A stretch of 64,000 nt of DNA from assembly GCA_963668645.2 (NCBI GenBank), contig CAXXWC010000001.1:224001-288000 (forward strand), given 5' to 3'. Shown in pieces: positions 48,995 to 57,556 of this stretch. Position numbers and translations under genes: made by a program. Below the pieces are notes generated by a model. That model did no database searches. It worked only from the letters and a program-made list of their open reading frames with translations, and had not been told where the DNA came from. Each line of letters starts with the position of its first letter. The stretch's first letter is position 1. This DNA is from Desulfobacterales bacterium. Lineage in GTDB: Bacteria > Desulfobacterota > Desulfobacteria > Desulfobacterales > UBA2174.

Positions 48995-49999
48995 TCAGGA
49001 CGGAACCCCAAAGCGGTTAATGATATCTCGACGGAACCCCTTGCATGCAGCGTTCCGGGTAAACTCGATCAGCGGCTCCATATGCCGGACCAGCTCCGCC
49101 TGGGACCAGACGTCTTCCGAATATCGTCTTTCGTATTCCCTGAACTTCAGAACGAAACGCCGCCGGCTCCGGGCCGAAAGCCGGATAACATAGGGAAAAA
49201 GCCGGAAGCCGAGAAACGGAATCCCCTGACGGCAGTGGTTGAGCTGTATGTTTTCTTTCAATTCCAGGGCCAACTCATGATCCAGAAATTTCCGGATGTT
49301 TCTCAGTTCTGTGCTCAAGTAGGACCTGCATGGCCCGAAGCACAGGATGTCGTCCATGTAGCGCACGTAGCCGGGAATTCTGCGCTCCTCTTTGATCCAG
49401 TGGTCGAAACATCCCAGGTAAAAATTGGCCAAATGCTGAGAGATCAGGTTCCCGATGGGCATGCCCTTGCCGGATCGGGTGCAGTAGGTATCCAGAAGTC
49501 TTTGGAAGAGGCCGAGCAGATCCTTGTCTTTGAACCGGCGCGCGAGCAAGTTCTTCATCACAGTGTGATCGATGGAATCGAAATATTTCCGGATATCGAG
49601 CTTCAAATACCAGGGTAACTTCCTGGCATACGCCTGTACTCTGTTCAAGGCTTTGCGGTTCCCCTTGCCCTTTCGGCAGGCGTAGGAGTCGAAAATGGCG
49701 TAGCCCTCCAGCACAGACTCGCACTCGTTCATGACGGCATGGTGCAGCACCCGTTCCGGAAACGATGCGGCGCAGATGTTCCTGGGTTTGGGGTCATGAA
49801 CCTGGAAGAAGCGGTAGTGGCCAATGTCCGGCGAATGGTCGACAAGGTCGCGCCGGATCTTGTCGATATTGGCATCGAAGTCTTTCTGAAAGGCGATCAC
49901 GTCGGGACGGTTTCGCTTGCCTCGCGCGGCTTTCCAGAAAGCCAACCGGAGGTTTTCAGCGTCGCAGATCCGTGGATAAAGGCCGCCGGCCCGTTTCAT
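48995..49999 (-). CDS. DGR reverse transcriptase
   Basis: 334 aa with KLDIRKYFDSIDH, GMPIGNLISQ (DGR-type SQ motif), YVRYMDD and FLGF. No maturase or endonuclease tail. Confidence 0.96.
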   Translation of the reverse strand: MKRAGGLYPRICDAENLRLAFWKAARGKRNRPDVIAFQKDFDANIDKIRRDLVDHSPDIGHYRFFQVHDPKPRNICAASFPERVLHHAVMNECESVLEGYAIFDSYACRKGKGNRKALNRVQAYARKLPWYLKLDIRKYFDSIDHTVMKNLLARRFKDKDLLGLFQRLLDTYCTRSGKGMPIGNLISQHLANFYLGCFDHWIKEERRIPGYVRYMDDILCFGPCRSYLSTELRNIRKFLDHELALELKENIQLNHCRQGIPFLGFRLFPYVIRLSARSRRRFVLKFREYERRYSEDVWSQAELVRHMEPLIEFTRNAACKGFRRDIINRFGVPS

Positions 50000-50487
50000 T
50001 CCTCCACCTTATCGACTTTTTGCCGACCTTCCCGGGACAGGATATCGAGAACGGCCTCGCCATATTTTTCGACCCGACCCTCCCCGACACCTTCGATTTC
50101 CATGAGCTCCGACTTGCTCGTCACCCCGCGCTCCACCATGGTTGCCAGTTGGTGGTTGGTGAAAACCTGATAGACAGCCACGGCTTCCTCGGCAGCTTTT
50201 TGTTTCCGCCAGTCTCTCAGCGCGGCGAAAATAGCGAAGTCCTCCGGAGATAGAACCTCCTTGTAATCCACACGGCCCCGCTGTTTTCCACCTCCAAACG
50301 GCCCGGTCTGAGCGGAATCTCCTGCGAGGTATTCCACAGCGATGCTCCAGAAGGAATTATCCCCCTGCCCGACAAATTCCCTGTGGATATGAACCACGCG
50401 CACACCGCTAAGAAAACGGTTGAGCTCTTCTTCGGATTCCCGCAGGTCACGCACGGGAATCATGAAGAACTTCATCTGAACGGACAT
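49996..50487 (-). CDS. HRDC-domain DGR accessory protein
   Basis: FAALRDWRKQKA..AVYQVFTNHQLATM..LMEIEGVGEGRVEKYGEAVL matches the HRDC pattern; ATGA overlap with the RT start. Confidence 0.87.
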   Translation of the reverse strand: MSVQMKFFMIPVRDLRESEEELNRFLSGVRVVHIHREFVGQGDNSFWSIAVEYLAGDSAQTGPFGGGKQRGRVDYKEVLSPEDFAIFAALRDWRKQKAAEEAVAVYQVFTNHQLATMVERGVTSKSELMEIEGVGEGRVEKYGEAVLDILSREGRQKVDKVEE

Positions 50488-50567
50488 CGCTTTGGACCGC
50501 CTTGTTTCTTTGGAACAAAATCAGTTCATTTTTAGCAGGGCACTGAAGGGAAACGCCCTACCCCACT

Positions 50568-50678
50568 TCGGGTCGAGGCCTGCGGGTCGGTCCGGCATCC
50601 GCCTCCCCTCCCTTCGCAAGCCTCACCCTCCGTTTCGCTCCGCACCTTTTACCTGACCTGCTTGCTTATCTGGCTGAC
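50568..50678 (-). repeat. Conserved element 3' of VR2 (copy 2; candidate IMH plus hairpin)
   Basis: Matches 46341-46451 at the same 4227-bp offset as VR1/VR2. Confidence 0.85.
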
Positions 50679-53600
50679 CTGGGAGGAAGACGAGCCGGAA
50701 CCCGAAGAGCCGGGAGCGGACGCCGGGGACGCCCCTGCAGCGGGACGCCGACCGGCAGAGCCCGGCCGAGAGGTTCCAGGAACCGCCCCGCAGAACCCGG
50801 TTCGAGCCGTCTGTGTTATCCAACCAAGCCCTGCCATCGTCCGGCGCCTCTTTATAACTACCGTGCCATAAATCTTCGCACCATTCCCACACGTTTCCGT
50901 GCATATCAAAAAGTCCGAACGCATTGGGCTCCTTTTCCCCGACAACGTGGAGCCTTCCACCGGAATTCTTTTCATACCACCCTGCCCGGTCAAGATCGGT
51001 CTCAGTGTTTCCCGTATGGTAGCGGGTCTTCGTACCCGCCCGGCAGGCGTATTCCCATTGGGCTTCCGAAGGCAGTTCCAACCCGGCCCATTCGGCATAT
51101 TTCTTCGCCTCATACCAGTCAACCCCAACCACAGGTTGAGCGGATTGGCTGAACTGTCGATCCCCCCAGAATGCCGGCTCCCTTGTTCCCTTATTTTCCG
51201 CCAAAAACCGCCCGTATTCCTCATTGGTCACTGGATAGCGGCCCATGTAAAAATCCGCCACGGTGACCACATGCTGAGGGCTTTCGTCTTTATAGCGTCC
51301 ATCTTCTACATCCGGTGATCCCATAAGGAAATCTCCGCCGGGGATCCGTACCATTTCGTATCCACATTGAGACGATTTAAACACTTCCGGCATGTCCTCG
51401 GCGAACCGGGTCTTCATCCACTGACGGATTTTGTCGTAGGGATGGCTGCGAAGCGCGGCTGATAGATGTTCGAGGGATTCACGGTCCAGAAGCTCGACGA
51501 TCCGGAGGGCGGCAAGCTGGCGTTCCCACAGCCGGTCCGGATTGCCAGCGGGATCCAGGGTCAGCAGTTCTAAAAAGGGCATTGCAGTCCGCTCGGCCGT
51601 TTCATCCAGGCACATTTCGAACAGGCCCGAATGCTCCAAGAACCCGGCCTGCCGGACAACTTCCCGCATAAAGGGCTCGAACAGGCAGCTATCACCGCCC
51701 CGGGCCAAAAGAAGCAAAATCACTTCCTGCCACCATCCCTGTCCGAACTTGGCGGCCAGCTGCTTCAACACGTCAGTTTTTCCGAGTTCTGAAAAATAAA
51801 GCCGCTGAATCTCGCGCGCCGCCAAATATTCCTGAAAACCCAGGTGTATGAAACCGTATTGCTCATGGCTCCAGCCGGTTAAAAGCCCACTTTCGTCACG
51901 AACAGCACGGAGAAAATCAGCGGCCGATCCATCGCTCCAGTTTACGGCTTTCAATGCAGGTTCGATCACGGCAGATAGCTCAGTCGCCGAAGCGCGTGTG
52001 CGCTTTTCTTCCTGGTGCAGCCAGTAAGCCGCCGGCTGGAGAACCCTTCGTCCGGTTTTGGCCATCACGCGGGGCTGGTATCCGATGGCGCCGCGCCATT
52101 TTTCCAGAAGCACATCGAGGCACTCTTCATAAAGCATAGACCGGGTGTGAGGCAGGTTTCCCCGGCTCTGGTGAACGAGGCAGATATTGGTGAGCAACAA
52201 TGGATTGCGGGTCATCTCGAATACCCGCTGGGACCGAAAGTCTGGTTCCCCGAGCCGCCCAATCAGTTCATCGGCTTTTTTCGTGGCCAACAGTTCAGCT
52301 TGACCCTTCTCGGAGGCCAGGCCCGTTTCCACAATCCGGTACCAGTTGCGGATAAAGGCCTCGGCCTGCTTTTCCTCCATGGGCCTGAGGTGCATTTCCA
52401 GAAAATCCGCATCCAGCCGGGCTTCATCCGTGTAGCCCGCAAACCGGCAAGTGACTACAAACCGGCAATCGGGGTAGATCTTCAAGGCCTTTTCAACCCA
52501 TCGGGAAACCTGTCGCCGTTGATCCGGGTCCGCCACCTCATCCAACCCATCCAGCAGGAAAAGCAGGTTCCCGCGCTCCAGAAGCCGACTGCCGAAACCT
52601 TCAGGCGTATTCAGAAGCGGATCACCGAGTTGCTCCTGAATGAAATCATCCAACCGGCTGTCGGGGCCATGGAACTCCCGGAAAGGCAAGAACACCGGTA
52701 TCATGTTTTCCGGAAGCCCCAGTTGGACCGGACCGCCTCTCAGGCACCAGAGCAGCACCCGTTTGAGATGCGTGGTTTTGCCCGAACCCGGATCTCCCAA
52801 GATGACGATGCCACGGCGCGGCCTCGCCATCTTTTCCGCCTCTCTGAAGGCATCCGGAATGGAAATCTCGCAGTCCTTACCGTGAGCGCGCAAACATTTT
52901 TCCGCGTCTTCCGAATCTGCATAACAAGATCGGCCCGTAGCCCGCAGATCCACCATGGCCCGAAGGGGCACATAAATATCCGCGATATCGATGATCACCC
53001 TGAGATTGGTCTTGAATCCGATAAGCGGCAGCTTTTCATGCAGGGCCTCGACCTTTCGGCAGTATGCGCTTATTTCATTCTCCAGGACCGGATCGGGGGT
53101 CTTCGTCTGAGATCTTTCCGATGGGATGAATTTTGGGGTTCCTTCCGTTTTTTTCAACCGGATGTCATAGTATGGAAGGTTCGAATTGCCTTTGCCCTGC
53201 CTCCACAGATGATCCGGTTCCCAGGTGCCGTTCTGCTCGATGCGGCGGCGGGTCTCTACACGAAGCACGCTACCATCAAGCCTGAGCAGGTTGTATTGCA
53301 GCGGATAACCCGGGGTCCATTCGCGGCTCGGGGCGCCGAAAGTCCCGGCGCCGATGATGTGGACCTTCTGGCCATCGGGGATGTCATACCGATACAGGCC
53401 GGCCTCGGCCTTGTGGATATGTCCGTGCAGACAGACGCTGAAACCGGATGACGCCAGCCATTGCATGAAGCCGCGATCCCTGATCCGGTCATCATCCTGG
53501 CTGTCGAGCGGGTGATGCCAGACGGCGAATTTCAGGCACTCCCTGAAAGCCGCCTCTTCGCGAAGCTGTTCAAGCGCGTAAGCCAGTGCGTCCGGATTGA

Positions 53601-54369
53601 TGGATACCCGCTTTGTGAAATGGTGGTCCACCTCCCAGCAGGAATTGAAACCTACGACGACGAGGTTGAGGCCCGGAAGATGGTGCAGCGTGATCTGTTT
53701 TTTGGGATCCACCGGATACGGGACGCCGGTAACGGTTTCGTAAAATCGGCAGAAGTTCTGAAAGCGCATGCGCCAGGCATCTTCATCCCGCAGCCGGATC
53801 ACGTCATCGGTGACCCTGATAAAGTGTCCCTCTCTCAGAGGCCCACCATGCGCCTCCACATCCAGCAACCGGTATCCTTGTTTCGACAGGCCCCAGTTCA
53901 GGTCGTGATTCCCGGGGACGAGTACCACCCGGCTGGCTGACAACCCGAATTTAGCGCAGACCTGTTCAAAAAAGGCCTCGGCAGCCCGGTATTCCTCCGC
54001 GGTTGAAAAATTGGCGATATCGCCGGAGACAACCAACCCGTCCAGACGCTGGCAGGAAAGCTCCCCAATAAGGTCGTCGGCCAGTTGCCCGTACCATCGC
54101 TTCGCATCAGCCCCCGGATCCCCATCCGGCCCTGCGCCGAAGTGAAGATCGGACAGGTGGAGGATATGGGCGCATTTGGCTGGATCGGGCGGGCTTGTCT
54201 TTTGCTCTGATTCGGTTCCTTCCGGTTCTTCTGTATCGGATACAATGTCACCGGAAGTGTGGTGATGGTGGAAATGGAGGCCTCCCTCGATCCTGGCATT
54301 ATCACCGACGACACCCACCTGGGATCCTGTGATATGCGTCGATTTCCCCTTCCCCCTGCTCACCTTCAA
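50623..54369 (-). CDS. DGR target 2: amyloid-like motif + metallophosphoesterase + NACHT + FGE-sulfatase/CLec (NLR-like)
   Basis: Metallophosphoesterase motifs HLSDLH, SGD, PGNHD, HHP and HGHIH. NACHT motifs GDPGSGKTT, LLDGLDE, VTCR, NPLLL and FIHLGFQEYLAA. C-terminal FGE motifs. The start may be GTG 54363, 8 nt after AGGAGG. Confidence 0.92.
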   Translation of the reverse strand: MKVSRGKGKSTHITGSQVGVVGDNARIEGGLHFHHHHTSGDIVSDTEEPEGTESEQKTSPPDPAKCAHILHLSDLHFGAGPDGDPGADAKRWYGQLADDLIGELSCQRLDGLVVSGDIANFSTAEEYRAAEAFFEQVCAKFGLSASRVVLVPGNHDLNWGLSKQGYRLLDVEAHGGPLREGHFIRVTDDVIRLRDEDAWRMRFQNFCRFYETVTGVPYPVDPKKQITLHHLPGLNLVVVGFNSCWEVDHHFTKRVSINPDALAYALEQLREEAAFRECLKFAVWHHPLDSQDDDRIRDRGFMQWLASSGFSVCLHGHIHKAEAGLYRYDIPDGQKVHIIGAGTFGAPSREWTPGYPLQYNLLRLDGSVLRVETRRRIEQNGTWEPDHLWRQGKGNSNLPYYDIRLKKTEGTPKFIPSERSQTKTPDPVLENEISAYCRKVEALHEKLPLIGFKTNLRVIIDIADIYVPLRAMVDLRATGRSCYADSEDAEKCLRAHGKDCEISIPDAFREAEKMARPRRGIVILGDPGSGKTTHLKRVLLWCLRGGPVQLGLPENMIPVFLPFREFHGPDSRLDDFIQEQLGDPLLNTPEGFGSRLLERGNLLFLLDGLDEVADPDQRRQVSRWVEKALKIYPDCRFVVTCRFAGYTDEARLDADFLEMHLRPMEEKQAEAFIRNWYRIVETGLASEKGQAELLATKKADELIGRLGEPDFRSQRVFEMTRNPLLLTNICLVHQSRGNLPHTRSMLYEECLDVLLEKWRGAIGYQPRVMAKTGRRVLQPAAYWLHQEEKRTRASATELSAVIEPALKAVNWSDGSAADFLRAVRDESGLLTGWSHEQYGFIHLGFQEYLAAREIQRLYFSELGKTDVLKQLAAKFGQGWWQEVILLLLARGGDSCLFEPFMREVVRQAGFLEHSGLFEMCLDETAERTAMPFLELLTLDPAGNPDRLWERQLAALRIVELLDRESLEHLSAALRSHPYDKIRQWMKTRFAEDMPEVFKSSQCGYEMVRIPGGDFLMGSPDVEDGRYKDESPQHVVTVADFYMGRYPVTNEEYGRFLAENKGTREPAFWGDRQFSQSAQPVVGVDWYEAKKYAEWAGLELPSEAQWEYACRAGTKTRYHTGNTETDLDRAGWYEKNSGGRLHVVGEKEPNAFGLFDMHGNVWEWCEDLWHGSYKEAPDDGRAWLDNTDGSNRVLRGGSWNLSAGLCRSASRCRGVPGVRSRLFGFRLVFLPGQPDKQAGQVKGAERNGG
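50679..50807 (-). repeat. DGR variable repeat VR2
   Basis: 129-bp ungapped match to TR with 19 mismatches, all at TR adenines. Confidence 0.96.
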
Positions 54370-54773
54370 GGCCTCCTTTTCCCGAAGTGGATCTCGCCTA
54401 CCGTTGCGCCGTCTCCGATCACCCCGACCTGGCTGTTTTGGACGCTTACATGATGCGTTGAAATCACCTCCCGCCCCTCGGGCATTTCTTCCAGCACCTT
54501 CTTCAGCAACCTGGCAGCATCGAGAATTTCATCGAGCTTATCGGCACCGGCTTCTTTGAGTTCATCCTTAAGGGGTGCTTCCCAAACCCGGGGCTTCTCT
54601 TCGTATTTCGCGAGCGCTATCTCACCCTCGGATTTTTGTGTTTCGACAAAGCGTTTCAGAATCAGGGATTTCAAGCCGGCATAGGCATCCTTCACCGCCT
54701 CGGAAGCGGTCTCTTTGGCTGCGGCCGCAGCGCCGGCTGCGAGAGCTCCGATGATCAGTGCAGAGGATTCCAT
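54366..54773 (-). CDS. Bell/HeLo-like helical protein with C-terminal amyloid-like (RHIM/BASS-like) motif, 135 aa
   Basis: ATG 54773 after GGGAGG. N-terminus ALIIGALAAGAAAAAKETASEAVKDAYAGLKSLILKRF; C-terminus VQNSQVGVIGDGATVGEIHF. Confidence 0.8.
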   Translation of the reverse strand: MESSALIIGALAAGAAAAAKETASEAVKDAYAGLKSLILKRFVETQKSEGEIALAKYEEKPRVWEAPLKDELKEAGADKLDEILDAARLLKKVLEEMPEGREVISTHHVSVQNSQVGVIGDGATVGEIHFGKRRP

Positions 54774-54809
54774 GGCAGCCTCCCAATGGTATGTATTGAT
54801 GGATGCGCT

Positions 54810-54878
54810 ACAATAACAAGAGCGCTTTACCCGATCAATAAATAAAGAAGGCCCTACAAAATAGACAACGTATGTTGT
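54810..54878 (-). promoter_or_regulatory. Candidate sigma70 promoter and palindromic operator for the Bell-NLR-DGR gene run
   Basis: Minus strand TTGATC-N17-TATTGT with extended TG (54838-54810), plus palindrome ACAAC-N4-GTTGT at 54865-54878. Confidence 0.5.
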
Positions 54879-54891
54879 GTACAATGAAAAC

Positions 54892-55028
54892 TTGACCCTT
54901 TCGTAAAAAGCTCTGAAACCGTCATGCCGGACTTGATCCGGCATCCAAAAGCCTCTGTAATTACTGGATTCCTGCTTTCGCAGGAATGACGTACGAAAAG
55001 CAAATCCGACTTTCTACGAGGTAATCAA
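54892..55028. repeat. MITE/REP-like palindromic element
   Basis: Imperfect terminal inverted repeats (TTGA-N5-TCGTA-n-AAAG) enclose two inverted hairpin units, CGTCATGCCGGACTTGATCCGGCATCCA and TGGATTCCTGCTTTCGCAGGAATGACG. Confidence 0.7.
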
Positions 55029-55182
55029 ACTTCGCCGGAGAACCGGGGATCGGATCCGATTGGATAGCCGGCAATAGCTGCCCATGGCCGTAAAGGGACG
55101 GAATTTTCGGATAGAAGCAGCCGGCACATGATGGCCGTGGATTGGCGGGGATATGGCTGGCTTGGCCGGTTCTTGCGGCGCA

Positions 55183-56142
55183 TCAAGACGCCATTACAGC
55201 CTCGTGCTGCAGGCTGACCCACAGGGCCACGTGGGGTTTTCGGCCTGAAAAAAGGTACTCGGCCAGGATGCACGAACCGATGGAATCCTTGCCGGGGGCG
55301 GTCGATACCAGGGTCCCGGTCCCGTTGAGATGAAAAGTCACCTGGCGCATCTCCACCTGGCTTGCCAGGTCCTCCAGGGCATTGATGATGTGCCCCAACT
55401 GCCCCTCAGGACTGCCGACGTCGCGCTTGAGGGCATCCAGGCGGCGGTTGATCTCGGGCAGGGTATCGGCCGCGGCCCGGGCCGTGGCATCGTCCCGGCT
55501 GGGGTCCCGCTCGGCCACGTGCACCACGAACTCCAGCAGTTCGTGTTCCTTTTCCAATCGCTCCCGGTCTTCCTTGAGTTGGGTGATGCCGTCCAGGGCC
55601 TGGAGAAAAACGGTCTGGAGGATGCGGTGGATCACTTCGGTGCGCACGGTTTGCGGGTCGGCCGCCGGGGCCACCAGCCGCATCTCTTCGAACATCGAGG
55701 CCTCAAAAGGCACATCACGGCGCACAATCTCCCCGTCCTGCTCGGTGATGAACATCCGGTGCCGGTGGTGGCGCCCCAAAAGCAGCGCGAATAGCGTCCC
55801 GTCCTCTCCGGCCTTGTCCGCCGCCTGCAAAACGCCCTTTTGGGTCTCGATCCAGGTGCGCATTTCCTGCGGGGAAATAAATAGCGCCCGCAGCGCCATG
55901 TCGGTCTGCCAGCGCTCGGGGTCCAGGGCCACCGGCCCGGGGATCTCTTCGATGATCTGCCGTGCGGTCCCCAGGGCCTGTGCCAGGCTCGGGGCCAGGC
56001 GCCGGCGGTAATCTCTGGCCAGGAGCAGTCTGGATTTTGTCTCGCCCGCGATACGATCGATTTCAGCCATGACCGCCTGCTGCGCTTCGGACTGCCCCCC
56101 AAACCACTGCCGTAATGACGACCACCAACCCTGCTGTCCCAT
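55183..56142 (-). CDS. Hypothetical protein with coiled-coil segment
   Basis: 319-aa ORF with a GAGG RBS and protein-like composition; no family recognised. Confidence 0.7.
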   Translation of the reverse strand: MGQQGWWSSLRQWFGGQSEAQQAVMAEIDRIAGETKSRLLLARDYRRRLAPSLAQALGTARQIIEEIPGPVALDPERWQTDMALRALFISPQEMRTWIETQKGVLQAADKAGEDGTLFALLLGRHHRHRMFITEQDGEIVRRDVPFEASMFEEMRLVAPAADPQTVRTEVIHRILQTVFLQALDGITQLKEDRERLEKEHELLEFVVHVAERDPSRDDATARAAADTLPEINRRLDALKRDVGSPEGQLGHIINALEDLASQVEMRQVTFHLNGTGTLVSTAPGKDSIGSCILAEYLFSGRKPHVALWVSLQHEAVMAS

Positions 56143-56612
56143 CTTGCGACCTCATCAGCACGTTCCGCTTCGAACCGGCGCCCTGCGCTGTCCTGACCGT
56201 TGCCACGCCGGCCATGCCCTGCCAAGAGGTGTCCGCGGCCAACTGATGGTTCGTCCGGCCGCCTCCTCTCCCCTCGATTCCAGGGGATCAATTGATCGCT
56301 CACTTTACTCCCAACAGTCTTCTGGGTAAAGAAAACTCCGGTTGCCAAACGCATTGGCAACCCGGCCCTGAAATGCCCCTCCGGCCTCCGGCCTGAAAAA
56401 CGACCCGGATCCGGGTGCCGATGCGCTCTTTTCCTGCGGGATGCTCCAGATTGACGTGGGTGATGGGGTTGTTGGCTGTTTGGGTGGCTTCCTTCGATGT
56501 TTGCTGCCTGACTTGCAGATTCCTCCTCGCTGGCGCTCGCCTTTACAATCCTTGACGCTGTACGCTTGTTGTACTAACAATTGTTGTGCGCCAACAAAAG
56601 TGAGGAACCCCC

Positions 56613-56912
56613 ATGCCAACTTCACAAACAAGTCCAAACCGGGAAACGAAAACAGCCAGACTCGGGCTGCGCGCCACGCCGGAGCAGGAAAGGCTCCTTC
56701 GCCGGGCCGCCGAGGTGAGCCGCAAATCGCTGACGGAGTTCATTCTGGACAGCGCCTATAGGGCGGCTGAGGAGACCCTGCTGGACCAGCGCCTCTTCCT
56801 GGTTGGCGGCGACCGCTATCAGAGCCTTCTGGAAATCCTGGATCGTCCGCCCTCAGAAAACAGCGGTCTGCGGGATCTGTTCGCCAAGAAAGCCCCCTGG
56901 GACGAAAAGTGA
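56613..56912 (+). CDS. DUF1778 (TacA/AtaR-like) ribbon-helix-helix antitoxin
   Basis: KTARLGLRATPEQERLLRRAA..SLTEFILDSA..AEETLLDQRLF; 4-bp overlap with the GNAT gene. Confidence 0.92.
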   Translation: MPTSQTSPNRETKTARLGLRATPEQERLLRRAAEVSRKSLTEFILDSAYRAAEETLLDQRLFLVGGDRYQSLLEILDRPPSENSGLRDLFAKKAPWDEK

Positions 56913-57427
56913 CCCCACACCCGCCAGTGCCGCTGTCGAAGGAGCACCGGCTCGAATCCTTTGACTGCGGAAAGCCTATCCTGAACGACTGGCTACGGCG
57001 CCATGCGCATACCGCCGGTGCCAGTAGGTCAGCCAAGACTTTCGTGGTAACGGCAGATGAGGATATAGTGGTCGGCTATTACAGTCTGACCGTCGGTCAG
57101 GTGGAACCGGCCGTGGCGCCGGCGCGTCTGTGCAAAGGCATGGGACGGTATCCGATTCCCGTGGTTATTCTGGCTCGGCTCGCGGTTTCGCTCGAATGCC
57201 AGAACCGAAGCATCGGCCGGGGCCTTCTCCAGGATGCAATTTTACGCACGCTATCCATCGCGGACCACGCGGGGATACGCGCCTTGATGAATCATCCCAT
57301 GGACGATTCGGCAGCGGCCTTTTATCTCCGTTTCGGCTTCATCCCTTCACCACTGCAAGAAAGGCAGCTTGTGCTCCTGTTGAAGGACGCCCGCCGTTTG
57401 CTCTCTACGGCGACCGGCCACGCTTGA
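56909..57427 (+). CDS. GNAT toxin (TacT/AtaT-like acetyltransferase)
   Basis: FDCGKPILNDWL, VVGYYSL, PIPVVILARLAV and AFYLRFGF motifs. Confidence 0.92.
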   Translation: MTPHPPVPLSKEHRLESFDCGKPILNDWLRRHAHTAGASRSAKTFVVTADEDIVVGYYSLTVGQVEPAVAPARLCKGMGRYPIPVVILARLAVSLECQNRSIGRGLLQDAILRTLSIADHAGIRALMNHPMDDSAAAFYLRFGFIPSPLQERQLVLLLKDARRLLSTATGHA

Positions 57428-57520
57428 AGGATCCAGCGGCGATTTCATCAATCGCGGAACAGAGCGGTTTCTTGTCCCAATATCCGGGCACGGAGCAGAA
57501 ACGGGCGGGCAATAAAGCAA

Positions 57521-57556
57521 AAAAGCCCTGCAACCGGTTAAAGTTGCAGGGCTTTT
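57521..57556. terminator. Probably bidirectional intrinsic terminator between the TA pair and the tRNA
   Basis: AAAAGCCCTGCAAC-N8-GTTGCAGGGCTTTT. Confidence 0.85.

Larger units (their letters stand above)
46341..54369 (-). mobile_element. Diversity-generating retroelement cassette with two target genes
   Basis: Minus-strand order: target 2 (VR2), HRDC gene, RT, TR, spacer, target 1 (VR1). Confidence 0.93.

Noticed and set aside
48714..48997. TR is in frame with RT just after its TGA, suggesting readthrough or selenocysteine
   Set aside because: Frame agreement has a one-in-three chance, TR is stop-free by design, and no SECIS-like support was identified.
48572..49618. Plus-strand ORFs sharing WEEDEPEP (also 46333-46953 and 50662-50871)
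   Set aside because: Antisense translations of TR and the VRs, not a protein family.
48995..49999. RT as a group II intron, retron or Abi-type RT
   Set aside because: It is short, has no maturase or endonuclease domain, carries the DGR-type SQ motif, and sits next to a TR with adenine-specific VR mismatches.
54774..54944. 57-aa N-terminal extension of the Bell-like ORF in the ORF track
   Set aside because: It begins inside the MITE-like element and crosses the predicted promoter. ATG 54773 has a strong RBS.
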